The translations under genes were made by a program, and so were the position numbers. 64,000 bases of DNA from contig CM052822.1 in the NCBI GenBank assembly GCA_028534125.1, forward strand, positions 78,120,001 through 78,184,000. The letters are read 5' to 3'. The stretch comes from Lama glama. Its lineage: Eukaryota. The stretch's first letter is position 1; each line of letters opens with the position of its first letter. The notes under the pieces are model-generated. The model made no database searches. It saw only the letters and a program-made list of their open reading frames with translations, and was not told where the DNA came from. Below, piece after piece: positions 36,086 to 48,775 of this stretch.

Positions 36086-39000
36086 GCGGGCAAACAAAAC
36101 ACACCTGGGGCTGCATCTGCCCCAGAGAAACAGCGCGCGTCCTCTGGTGAGAGGCACCAGCACGGCGGACTCACGGAGCCGAGACACCCTCAAGCCGGTC
36201 CCCCGACCCGGGCTCTCGGGCAGCCTCGTCTTAGAATTCCAACACAAGAGGGACTTCCACCCTCGCGACTCTCTTTCCACTGCCCCTCTGGCCCCGTATC
36301 CACGACCTTTAGGAAACCCGAATGCATGGCTTCTGTTAAGCCTTGGCAAACACGGTGAACAGAGCAGGGCGGAGGCGGTGCCCCACAGCATGGCCCGAGG
36401 GAGCCTCTCCGGTGGAGCCCGGCTTTCCCGTGGCTGGCATTTACTCAGCGGCCTGTAGGAACAGGCTGGCTCGCTTAACTGGAAGTCTATGTAAAGGTGC
36501 CGTCCTCTACCTCTTTATCTTTGCGTTTGGACATTTCGTTAAAAAAATGAAAACCCCTAGCACCCGCACTGAAGTCGACAGCAGCTCCGCGACCCCCGGC
36601 GAGCCACAGCCTCAGGGAGGCCCAGCTGGCCCGCCCGCAGGCTGTGAGGACACCCGGCAGGCCTAACAGGTAGAAGAGCTCACAGACTTAGAAACGGTGG
36701 CGCATAACTGCCGCCGAGTACGACGTTCAGACTGCTTCCTTCCTCAGAGAGTCAGCACCCTAGAGGCTCGAGAAAGCCAGCGCCCGGACCCCGGCTCCCG
36801 GGGGGGCGCGTCCCCCAGCCGTGCGCTGCTCCTGGACGTGGGCTGCCCTCCAGCTGCCCCGCAAAATGCACCTGCTGCCTCTTGTCCACCTTCGTTGTGA
36901 CGTATTTGCTCAGGGTGGTCTCTGTCCAGAGATGCCTCCCCTGCGGGTGGGGGGCTCACGACAGGGGTGCCTCGGGACAGTGGACACCCCCACCTGTGCT
37001 GGGTGGGTCAGGGCCCAGAGCCCGTGTCCTCCTGTGACGGCCCCACAAACACGCAGAAGGATGCAGGGCAGGAGGAGGGGCGGGTTGGGACAGAGCACAC
37101 AGGCTGCTCGCGCGGGTCCAAGGAGTGGGCCCAGGTCTCCTGGGTTCTGTGTGGCATGTGGCTGACCCTGGCTTTGACCTGAACAGTGGCCCATGGCTGA
37201 GTGGACAGGCCCTGCCCCAGGCTCAGGTCCTTCCGCCTGGCCATCGGGTCTCTGAGCCACTCCAGGGACATCAGCCCCCGACGCTGATGTGACTCCCAGC
37301 AAATCCGCCAGGAGCCAGGACCGCCGAGGGGCGCGGGCCCCGGGGACGCGGCCCCGAGGTCTGGGGTGCTCTCACCTCCCCAGGGCTCCTGTGGAAGCAG
37401 AAGGAGGCAGGCCTCCTGGACTGAGAGGGCCGTGGTCACGTCCAAGTGGGGAGACTTCTCTTTTTTTTAAACCTCTTTTAAATGAACTTTCGTAATCGCT
37501 CCTAAGCCATTTTACAAGGGGGCGGGCAGCAAAGCACAAACAAATCTGCAATAAACGTGGGATTTGGGACGAATGATAAAATCAGAGCAATGTGAGTGAA
37601 CGGGTCCAGTGAATTCAGGGTGTTTGAAGGGAGGCTGTTTTCCAAAACAACTCGTTTTCTCTGCTTTCACGTGTGCTCCATGAAACAGCGATGACGGGAC
37701 GCACCCTTCCCACGCCAGCCGTCCCTGAGCGATCGGGACAGCCCAGGAGAGAAACCGCACGGCCACGAGGCAGCCTGCCGGGGCGCACGGAGCACAGCTA
37801 AGTCCCCTCCGAGGCCCAGGCGTCCCTGGGGTCCTGCTTCCCCGCCCGGGTGGCCCCCGGGCGGGCACACAACCAGCAAGGTCCTCAGGGGCGGTGGGCA
37901 GCAGCCGGTCCTTTCTCAGTCTGGCCAGCGGCCTCCGATGGGTGCCTCCCGAACACCCAGGCCTGCATGCCCCCGACCTCCTGGCACCCTCCTCCTCCAG
38001 GCAGGCACCCTGCCTTCTTGTCCTGGCTCTGACCCCTGTGTGGGTGCTCTCGGGGCCTTGCCTTTCTGCAGGATGTCAGCCCCAAGGAGGTGCCCCCAGC
38101 ACGTTCACATGGTGCCTCTGCTGCGGTTGGCTGCTCATGAGCCCCACCCATTCAGTTCTGCAACCAAAACCAAAGCCCCAAGTTCTCTCTCGCAGAGCTG
38201 TCTCCCCCACGAGCAGGGACCCTCCTGTTTGGGCCCCTGTAGAACCAGGTCCAGGCACCCCATCCCCCGCATGTGGGAGCCCTCTGCCTCCTTTCCCACT
38301 GGCAGTCGAGGCTCTGGGCTGCTCAGGCCAAGTTCTCTGCAGGCCTGTGCCCGCCCCCCCGAGTCTCCACCCCAGGAAGGGGGTCAGTCTCTCCAGGGGG
38401 CCCGAAGGCCCCTCTTCCTTTAGGTTGAGGAAGAGGAGTCTCCCCAGGGGGGCAGGAAGGAAGATGCTGGGCCGCCCTCCTCCTGAGCCCCAAAGGGACG
38501 CTTCCCCCACCTCCTCCAGCTCCAGCCCCATGTCCTGGGTGTCATGTGGACGCATTGACCAGCTCCCGGCACGTGTGTCCGGGGGACCGGCCCCTTCCTT
38601 GGGTCGCAGGAGCATTGCCCCCTTCCTGCCTGCCTCTCAGCACTTGGAAGCTCCAGGGCAGTGAAGGCAGAACCCAGCCCACACTCACGGGCTGGGAGGC
38701 AGGAGGCGTGAGCTCCCCTCTGGGACGGGGCCTCGAGAAGGACCATGCGGGGTGGAGGCTGCCAGTGTGGGGAGGACCACAGAGGAAAGGGTTTAAGGAG
38801 AGTTAATGAGAATTTCTCTCAGAATGAGAATCCAGGACACTCATCAACTATTTAGGCTTATTCTCTATTTTCGTCTCTCTTCTGTCACCCTGGACAGCGG
38901 TGGGACCTCTGGCCTGAACTTCTCACCGAGGTGCTGGTGTGGGATGCGGTGGTCAGCTGCCTCCAAACCCCGCCCTCGACAGGGCTCCGTGTGCTGGCGG

Positions 39001-39775
39001 CGTGGGCAGAGGAGGCGGGCGAGCACTGTGAAGTCTCCTTTCCAGGGAGACTCTCCGGTGCCCTGCCTTCTGGCACCCCCACGCACCTCCCTCACGCCTC
39101 AAAGGCTTGTTCATCCAGTCTCACTGGACCGAGAGGTGCCTCAGATATATTACCAAGAAGGTCGCACGTGAGCTAATTAACTCATTAGTGTCTAGTCGTC
39201 AAACGTGTATTGAGTCCTTGTAAGTGGAGGCACTGCGCTCGGGCCGTGGGGGCCTGTAAGATAAGACAGACCTGGTTCCCGTTGTAAGGGTCTTGGCACC
39301 CAGGGAGGTGGGCAGACAGCCGTCAACATAAGTGACTCCCACAAATGGCACATGTGACAAATGCTGTAAGAGATAAACTGAGCTCTCTTGGAATTTAGAG
39401 AGAATAATGTATTCGGCTGGGGGTTAGGCACTCATTTATAGGAGCAATTTCTTACTGGCCACGTGGTGCTGCCAGGCCAGGCCCAGACACCAGCGCTGTC
39501 TGGCGGGCCAGGCGGGGAGCCCTGCTGCGTGCTTGGTCCACTGCCCCACCGGACTGTCCCCACTGGACGGTCTCGGGTCCGAGCAAATCAGGTCGCAGGG
39601 AGGCAGTGCCGCGAGCGGCAGGTGGCCGCCCTTGCACCCGTCTGAGAACAACACAGAAATGTTAGCCTATCAGTGACTTTCCCTCCCTCCTACAAAAGCA
39701 GACCGCGCCTCAGGTAGTGCCTGGGTGAGCTGTGCCACTTCTAGAACAAGAGATACACTGAAGTCCTGAGCCCCA

Positions 39776-40110
39776 TGTTATGGACTGGGTTTGTGTCACA
39801 TCCAAAATTCATACATTGAAACCCCGATCCCCAGCATGATGGTGTCGGAAGCGGTGCTTTGGGGAGGTAATTAGGTAGGAGGGGTTGGACAAGAGACCCT
39901 GGAGAGCCCTCTCGTCCTTCCTGCCTTTAAGGAGGACACAGGAGAAGACAGCCATCTGTGAGCCAGGAAGCGGGTCCTCACCAGGCACCGAATCTGCCGG
40001 CAACCTGATCGCAGGCTTCCGGGCTCCAGAAGCGTAAGGGACAAGTGCTGGTTGTTCAGAGAACTTAGCCGGTGGTAACCTTGCTACAGCAGCCTGGACG
40101 GCCTAAGACA
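39776..40110 (+). mobile_element. MaLR solo LTR (MLT1A/MST-like) nested in the older LTR
   Basis: TG...CA ends (tgttatggactg...gcctaagaca) and internal gagaagacagccatctgtgagccaggaag...caccgaatctgccggc. Flanked by a 4/5-matching 5-bp duplication, cccca/cacca. Confidence 0.85.
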
Positions 40111-40365
40111 CACCAGCCCCTTAGGACGTGATCTTACTCGGAAGTAAGACCGCTGCACGTGTAATCAGCTGAGACCAAGCCCCAGAATGGCCCTGGATCC
40201 AGGAGGACTGGTGTCCTTGTAAGAGGCTGCGCCGCGCGAGGACAGACGCAGCAGAGCGCCAGGTGACAGCAGCGGCAGGGCCTGGAGCGAGGCTGCTGTG
40301 AGCCCAGGGGCACCGAGGACGCCAGAAGCCCCTACCGCCGAGGGAGACAAAGAAGGGTCCCTCTG

Positions 40366-41150
40366 AAGAGACGCTGTTCTAGGGAAGACGTACAGCAGGC
40401 CAGCAAGCACGAGAAAGGATGCTCAGCGTCACTACCGATCAGGGAAACGGAAATCAAAACCACAACAAGACGTCATCTCACACCCGGCAGGACGGCCGTC
40501 ACCAAAAGACAAGAAATGACAAGTGCTGCAGGGGGTGCGGGGAGAAGGGAGCCCCCGGGCACCGCTGGTGGGAGAGGAAACGGGTGTGGCTGCCGTGGGA
40601 AACAGTCTGGAGGGTCCTTGGGAAATTGAAGGCAGAGCTGCCGTACGAGTCAGCAGTCTCCCTCCTGGGCGTCTGTCTGAAGAAGACAAAAGCCTAATCT
40701 GGAAAGACACATGCAGCCCGGCGTCCACAGCAGCCGAGACGTGGATGCGAACTGAGTGCCCCTCCGCAGACGACAGGATGAGGAAGACGCGGGTGTGTGT
40801 GAACGGGGGAGTACGACTCAGCCGCGGGAGGAACGGAGTCCTGCCCTGTCGGCAACGCACCTCGAGCTGCGGGGGCCGTGTGGTCAGTGCAGTCAGTCAG
40901 ACAGAGACACAGGCAGCGCGGGGCCGCTCTTACGGGTGGACTCTAGAAACCCTTCAGACTCACAGAAACATAGCGAACAGGGTTGCTGGGGGACCAGCGC
41001 TGTCAGAATGTGCACATTTCGGTCGTAAGACGATTACGTTTGAGGACCTAACGTACAACGTGGTGACTGTAGGTAACAGCGCTGGACTGAATACTTGAAC
41101 TTTGCCAGGAGAGTGGGCCTTAAGCATTCTTCCCACGAAGACAAACAAAC
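40366..41150 (+). mobile_element. L1 fragment (ORF2 C-terminus plus 3' UTR, L1MA-like)
   Basis: gatgctcagcgtcact...aaatcaaaaccacaa...ctcacacc matches the end of L1 ORF2; the 3' UTR is ggtgactgtaggtaac...tacttgaactttgccaggagagt. Confidence 0.88.
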
Positions 41151-44149
41151 CCCAGCGCTCACCTGTGGAGCTCTCAGAGAGCCCGGCCCTGCGGACACTC
41201 CACTTCAAACGGAGCCTCGGACAGCGAAAGGATACCTGCCTGCCGCCTTGTCAGCCAGTTCGAACCATGTTGTTACAGCGGCTTTAGGAACCGGGTACGG
41301 GCAGAGGAAAACCACTGGGACACGCTGTCCGCCGAGCAACTCCGTGACGCCCACCGCCGGCTGACAGCCCGCAGCGAGAGCCAGCCGGATACTTACCTGA
41401 TCAGTGCTGGAGTTCCTCAGTGAAACCCATGTTCAGTTATTTAAAACCTAAACCTTTTAATACGCAGCCCTCTCTTCCTGGCCAAGAAGTTCCCCTGGTT
41501 TGAAGAGCCCACGGAGGAAAACTAAAGTGAGGAAGAAATACCAAATATGGGGAACATCCTGCTGGCCGTTTTCTCAGGACAGCGCCTCCCGCGAGTCACG
41601 GTGTCGGGTTTTTCCGGGAGCTCACTTGTCCCTCCACTGACTTGTGATGCGGGAAGCACGCTGGGTTGAGAGCATGTGTTGAAGGGGCCCCAGCCCTGGC
41701 TAAGCGGGTGGGTGGTCCCTCGGGCCCTGCCCCCCAGGCTCCCGGCTCAGCTGTGGCTGTGGGCCGGGTCCCACCTCTCCACGCCAGCCCCCGTCTGGCA
41801 CAGTTCTCAGAAGCCGAGGGGCCTCCTGAGACCCAGGGGCCGCAGCCAGCCTGCACCTGCCCCGAGACCGGGCCTGACCCCGCCCGGCCGTGCGCTGGGT
41901 TTCTTCTTGCCGGTCAGTGGGTGTGTGGCCCGTCTCCCCCTCGTGGGCTCCTCGGGGAGCTGGTGGGGCGACCCCCACCCCAGCCGGGGTGGCACATGTG
42001 CTTCAGGGCTGAAGCATGAGCACAGGTGCCTCTCGGCCAGGGTGCCACTGCCGCTTCCCTTCACCCACGACCTGCTCAGCCCCGGGCCCAGGCTGCACTG
42101 ACCCCGCCCGAGCTGGGCGGCCTGAGCCCCTGGCCGACCCAAGGTGGGCACGCAGCCTGGGCAGAAACCCACCTCCTCTCCTGGGGTGTTTGTCACCGCA
42201 GTGATGGACAGACACAGAAATGTTTCCTGGCCACCCCAAACACACAGGTCAAAGTTCACTGGATACGGATAACACACACCTCCAAGAGCAGCCGTGAGGG
42301 GAGGTGGTGGCCCTGCCTGTGAAGCCCCTCCAGCTGTCCTCTGAGAGGCCCCCACACTCACGTCAGGGGTTCCCAGGGGCTGGTCCCCTCCAGACACAGC
42401 CTTCCAGGCCTGGCAGCCTGGCCTCATGTTGGCAGAGAGGTAGGTGGGAGGGGCCTGCACGGCTCTCTGCTCGCCCAGGTGCGGGGACTGTGGGGTCTGG
42501 GGTCAGCTGCTTCTGCTCTTGGGGGGTCATCCACTGGAGCTTCGGGCAGGGGGCCGAGTCTCTGGCCGCAGGTGCCAGGGAAGAACCAGACAAGCTGGCG
42601 TGAGAGAAGTATGGATGGACAGTGACGCGTGTCCCCCAGAGAGAGGTGGGAACGGGCAGCAGGGAGGCAGGGCCCCTCTGCTTTGCTTCAGCAGGTGTGA
42701 CGTGGGCTGGACAGGCTTCACCAGCTTGAAAGGCCCCTGGAAGGTGCCTGGTGAACAGCCGTGGAACCAACGCCCCAGGCGCAGACACGCAGACCGTCCG
42801 CGTCCCCACCCGTGTGGATGGCATCGCCAGGAACTCTCGGTCCACACTGCAGACCCTGAGACCTGCAGATCCCGACTGTCTGCAACGCGGCCGGCCTTCG
42901 GCTCGTGGTTAACGATGGGAGATCTGCCAGGAGGTCAAAACTGCACGACGTGTGTCTGGGCTCGGGGGCTCCTGGGCACGGGGGTCCCTGGACGCAGACA
43001 GCCCTCGCTGCTCTCTGTCCCCCACGCCCAAGTGCCCCGAGTTCAGGCTCTGGTTCTCCCATCGTAGTGCTAGCCGGACACCTCCCCTGGGGCGCGTCCG
43101 GGGCACATCTCAGCCCGCACGTCCCCACAGAGCTCAGGTGTCCCCTGCCCAGCCAGCCCATCATGGTGAGTGGCACCAGTCCCAAACCAGAACACAACCT
43201 CTGTCCTCCGGACTCACATCCAGCCAGGCACCCCATTTTTCCTGCTGGGGTTTTATTTCCAAACCACTTCGTCCCTCTTGCATTGCTACCACAGTGAGCC
43301 CAGCCTCCGCCTCCTGACTGTTCCACCTGCTTCGTCCCCTCCATGACGCCATCCCCCCCGAAGGTCCTCACTCGGATGGCTCATCTTGGCCTCGGACGCC
43401 ACCGGCCAGCATGGAAGGTTCACGCGTCACAAGGTCTGGACCCCCGCTTTCATACTCAGGTGGGGGGTGAAATCAGCTCCGGTGATGGAGAAGCGGCAGG
43501 GGCAGGACACGGAAAGGTCGGCGCTCAGGGAGCCTGTGGGACGTGGGGACACCGGCCTCCCGCAGCCCCTCCGCCGAGCCCGGAGCCCCCACTTCAGACA
43601 CACGCTCGGAGCTGAAAACCCAAGGGGAGTATGTCCAAGCTGGCTTTTAGCTTCTTAAGATTTTAGACCACCCACGACTGAAGTGTGTTTATTTGCCAAA
43701 GCTTGCTTACAAACAGTGGCTGAAACTTCATTTTATCTTGTAATCCAGAAATAAAACATAGAAATTATAAAAATGCACCATTTTTAACTGAAAAAGGAAG
43801 AATTTCAAGCATCAGGGCATTAAGGTATCTTCTGTCTATTACGGGAGTCGTAACACCTGGTTAAATTTCAGTTTACACTTTAATGCACCTTCTGCTCCCA
43901 AACTGCACAGGAGACAAGCTTGTTGAGTTTACCTCTCATTAATCATGCTTTCCTTACGGAATTAATTTAAAGCCGATTGGAAAGTACGCATCATGTGTTA
44001 AGCAGGACAGTCAATACTTCACTTCATACGTTATCAATATTTAAAGGATGATATTAAGTAAATTTTATAATACAATACTTCAGAAATACCACCCTGAAAT
44101 GAAACTCTCTTACTTAAAAATAATGTTTTTTCCACACGCTATACAAAGA

Positions 44150-45393
44150 CAAACTGACTTTCACAGAAAGCTCTGCGGGGAAGGACGGTCTCGTGGAGAA
44201 GTTGTGCCGGGAAAACCGGGTGTCCGCGCGCAAAACAGTGGCGCTGGGCCCTCACCTCCCGCCGGGCACAGCGATGAACCCATGAGGACGGGACACCCTA
44301 AGGCAAGAGGAAGAACTCCACACGCTTAGAAGAAGACATGGGAGAATCGTCATGACACTGGATTTGGCCGTGATTTCCTGCAGAGGACACCAAAAACACA
44401 CCAGCCAAAGGAAAATATAGGCAAACTGGACTTCATCAAGCTTAAAACCCGTTACGCATTAAAGGACACTATTAAGAGAGTGAAGAGCACACCCCACAGA
44501 GCAGGTGAAACCAACTGCAAATCACATATCTCGTAGGGGCTGGTATCCGGACACACAGAGGACGCCTGCGATGCAAATGCAGCAACAAACAGCCCCGCTG
44601 AAGACAGACGGGGGCGGAGCAGGCGTCTCTCCAGGAAGGTCTACGCGGGGCCAGCAGGCACGTAGTGATGCTCAGCTGTCGGTGGCGTCGGGGAAACGCG
44701 CCTCGACACCGCCTCCCCCGTCAGAACGGCTCCTCCAAGAGAGGACAGCAAATAACACAGTCTGGGGTCGTGGAGAAACTGGGATCTTCCCGATGGCTGG
44801 TGGGGACGTGAGCGGCAGCCACCGTGGAAAGCCACTTGCTGACTGTTCAGAAAGTTAGACCCAGAGTCACTGTGTGACCCAGAAATTCCACTTCTCGCCG
44901 CGCACCCGCAATCACTGAAATGAGGGACCCAAGCCCGTTCACAGCCGCGCGCGTCCCAGTAACCAAAAGATGACGAACTCAGTGTCCTCCTACAGAGGCT
45001 GGATAAACACGGCGTGGCACGAAAACCGGAAGACGACTCAGCCTCAGAAAGGGAGGAAGTTCCGTCACCTGCTGCAACATGGATGGACCTGGAGGACATG
45101 ACGCCGCGTGAAACAAGCCCGTCACAAAAGGACAAACACTGCGGGACCCCCTCCTGTGCGGTGCTCGCAACTGCCAACCCATAGCCTCCGACAGCAGAAG
45201 GGAGTGACCAGGGGCCGGGAGGCGGGCAGGGGGTCCGTGTGTCACGGGACAGTCTCAGGTTTGTGAAATGAAGAGTCTGGAGACGGTGTGGTGCCACTCA
45301 CACAACGAGGTGAACGCGCTTAATGCCCCGAGCTGAGCTGAACGTGCTCAAAGTGGTCAATTTGGGTTATATGTATTTTATCACAATAAAAAA
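44150..45393 (+). mobile_element. L1 3' fragment (L1MB-like) ending in poly(A)
   Basis: cttagaagaagacatgggaga...actggacttcatcaag...tgcaacatggatggacctggaggacat...tatgtattttatcacaataaaaaaa. Confidence 0.9.
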
Positions 45394-48300
45394 AGGATAT
45401 GTGATACTGGGGAGAAAAACTGAACTGGTGGACTTTCTAGGGCTTATCCGTCCCCGAGAAAAAGTCTCGAGAGGCCAACACGCGTGACTGAAGTCCGGAA
45501 GCGGCTGAGAGCGGCGAGGCCGTGGTGGCACGCACGGCGGGCCTCTGCCCGCCCTGCGGCCCAGCTGAGCCCCTGGCCGGGCCCCCGGGGCGGTGCGCCA
45601 TCCCTCCGCCGGTGCTGGGGCCCCTGCTCTGCCAAGCTCTGGCCTCCTCCGCCCGGGCTCACTGGGGCGGCCCCGTGGGCTGCACCCCGTCTGCACCCCG
45701 TGCGGGGCCTGCGGCGTGAGGGTCCTCCGGGTGGACGCCGCCCACAGACGAGGTGCTCTCTGCCCCGCCAGGGCCCCCGGGAGGACCGCTAGCACCGACC
45801 ACGTGAAGGCAGCCGTACGTCGGTGCTAGTGCTTCCCGCGGCCTGACAGCGCCCGGGTGGCCCTGGTGTCTGAGAGCGAGGCCGCTGTCACACAGAAGAC
45901 TCCTCAAGCTTACGGGGAAGGAAGCCTAGAAAAGTCTTTGTTGAAAGGACAAGAGCTGGAGCTCTCTGAGGTGGTGGCTGGGCCGGCACATCTGGCTGGG
46001 GCCTGGGGGGGCAGCGACAGAGGCCGGACAACGCCAGCTACGAAACGGGTCACGTGGCATCTTTTGGCTCCACCGACAAAACAGCTTTAAAGTTCAGGGA
46101 TAATTCAAATTGGATTTTAGAAACCGAAGTCTTAAAACATTTGTACCAAACTAAGGGATTACATTCTTATCTTATCCTCAGAGAAGCTTTTGAAGAAGTG
46201 GGGAAAAAAGGGAGCTCAGATTTTAAACGGGCCTCAAACTTGCCCGTCTACGCCCCCCCCCACCCCATCCCCGGCTGCCTGTTATCAAAAGGTAGAAGCC
46301 TTACCCTATTGAAAAAAGGATTTGCATAAATTGCTTTCACCTGCTTCCTTACATGAGGTTAATGAAACTGGAACAAAAAGGGATGAATTCCCCAGCCCGG
46401 TCCAGACTCCCAAAGCCCCAGAACAAACTTCCCAGAGCCCCTGACCCCAGCCTGGAGACGGGGTCGGGAGGGCGCAGCCCGGCAGAGGCCCCGTCAGAGG
46501 GGGTGGGGCCGGGCACAGCCGCGATTAGGCAGGAGGCCCCCTGCGCGGGCACCGGCCAGGGCACAGCCGGCAGAATTCCAGTGCTAGGGGCCTCCAGAAT
46601 CCAGGTGGTAACGCTGGAAATGAGAATAAACAGGGAGGCGACCGTGAAAGGTGGAAGGTCAGTAATCACTTTGATCCACGAATCTTCTGAGGCAGAAGCT
46701 TCATTAAACACAATACAGGGAATCTGATTTTTCCATCTGCCCATCTTTGAATTTCCGTGTGTTTAAGGGAAGAAGAAATGGAAGACACTCATCTCCTGGT
46801 GCAGGTTTGTTTATCGACAGTGGGATCCCCATCCTGGTTTCCAGAACGGGCCGGAGTTTGCACAGCAGCCCGGGGCTCGGGGACTGGACACCTGCCCGGA
46901 CCCCGGCTCCACCTTGAACTCTGCCGTGTACTGGAACTCCTAGAAGCTTCTCTTGAGGAACAGCTTCCCCTGTTAACACTTGCGTGAGGAGTGCTGTCGG
47001 TTTGAAGGGCAGACTTGGGAAGTTTGAGAGCAGGAGGGACCTTTGCACTGGAGACCTCTGTGAGCCCAGTGCCTGCGGTGCTGGTCCTGGACCGCGATGG
47101 GGGAAGTGGACGTGCTCCCTTCAGCCTGGGGGCCAGGACAACAGGGTGGGGGCGTGAGGGGAGGACGGTCCGGGGTCGTCCGAGGACTTTCCTGTGCTCA
47201 GCTGGCCCCACGGCGGGTCCGGGCCCTATGGGTGATGTGCGTGGGAGAGGGAGGGCCGGGGGCGTGGGGACCCCGGAGGAGGCACGGGGAGCGCCGCGGG
47301 CACAGGGACGCCAAGCTCTCCCTCTGTCCTCCTTTCAGAAGAAAACAAAGATGAGTGTGAAAGAGACCGCCGTCTCCCAGAGGCACGTGAAGCTCCGAGA
47401 TGAACGCGTCCATCTTCCTCGAGGGTCAGGTTTACTGGAAGGCTTGGGGAAGTTATTTTTACGCTACAACAGAAAGTGGCCCTGTCGTGTGGTGGGGGGC
47501 CACACGCACGGACGGCTTTAAGCAGGGCAGGGGACAGAGTCCCGTGGTTCTAGGCTCGAGGTCCAGCCCTGTGCCCAGGCCCCTGCTGTCTGTGCCCCTC
47601 TCCCCGCACCCCTCCCCCACACCGTCCCCTCTGCGCCTCGCCTTCTGACGTCCGCCCCGTCTTGCTCTTCCGTGTTCCTGGCTCCCCTCTGGCAGCAGAC
47701 AAGCACCTGGTGCCGAGTGGACCCCCCGGCTGTCCTGAGACCTGCCTTTGTGGCCTCATGCCTGACTCGCCCGAGAAGTTTTCTGGGAGGGCCTGGACCC
47801 TCTTCCGTTGGCTCACAGTGGGACGTGTCGTCTAGTAGGTCTGCCTTGCCCCCGCGGTGCTCACGTGTGCCCTCCCCTCCTCGCGTTCCGTCCGCTCCGA
47901 TGGTCAGCTTCTGGGAGAATCAGGCCAGGGTCTCCTCACAAGAGTGAGCCATCTCCCCCCCCGCATTCCCACCTGTCTTCCTCGTGTCTGAGGCGTGCTG
48001 CTGGGTGCCCGTCCCGGGAGGAGCTCGGCCTCCGTGGAGTGGCTGCCCCCACCCTGTCCGTGGTTGGCGTGAGCCCGTGGTCCCCGCCAGAGACCCCACT
48101 GTCGCAGGTCACCTGCCTCCTCGCCCGGAGCCTTCCCCACCTCAAGCCACTTCCCAAGTATTTCCCCCTAAGACGCAAGTCTGCTCACGTGGTTCCTCTG
48201 AGCTAAACCCCTCAGTGGACACGCCACACCCGTCGGCTGGGCACCGGCCTCTGAGTCCAGCTGGAGGCCCGTCTAGGCCCGTCTCCGGTCATCTGGTCTC

Positions 48301-48614
48301 GGCTGGCCACACCTCAAAGTCTGTGTCCTATCCAGACAGAACTCCTGCAGTCACCCGTCAGCTTTCTGATCGCTTTACGGCTTTACCGTTGCGTCTGACT
48401 TGATGCTGCCTCGCCTCCCTCTCCCTGGAACGCTCTGGCCGACCACTCCCAGCTGTCAAACTGCTTCTTGGCGCTGGACCCCTGCCCACACAGCAGGTCC
48501 TCGAAGTCCGCCCCGGGCCCCCGGGCAGGTGGCCAAGGCCCTCCCGGCCCTGCCCGAGCCCGTGGACGGCCCTGCTGCAGCCTGACCGCTCGTGCGCACC
48601 GTGAATCGTGCAGC

Positions 48615-48775
48615 TACATCTGGCTCGTAACAGATGCTCAGTGAAAATTTCGCGAAGGATAATATGTTAATCCGAGAGGTCTCCCTGGGGACGGAGACCC
48701 ATGTCATGCACCCTGCATCTCAGGCACTAAGCACAGTAGTGGAGGCACAGCGAACACTCCATGAATGTTTATTCC
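48615..48775 (+). mobile_element. L2 3'-end fragments
   Basis: tctggctcgtaacagatgctcagtgaaaattt and cactaagcacagtagtggaggcacagcgaacactccatgaatg resemble L2 tails. Confidence 0.45.

Larger units (their letters stand above)
39718..41298 (+). mobile_element. MLT1B/C-like LTR split into three pieces (~39718-39775, 40111-40365, 41160-41298) by two later insertions
   Basis: Collinear MLT1 segments: gatacactgaagtcctgagcccca | gccccttaggacgtgatcttactcggaagt...gactggtgtccttgtaagagg | ggagctctcagagagcccggccctgcggacac...ttgttacagcggctttaggaacc. Confidence 0.7.

Noticed and set aside
40419-41098. ORFs resembling L1 ORF2 as functional genes
   Set aside because: Truncated, frameshifted retrotransposon remnant.
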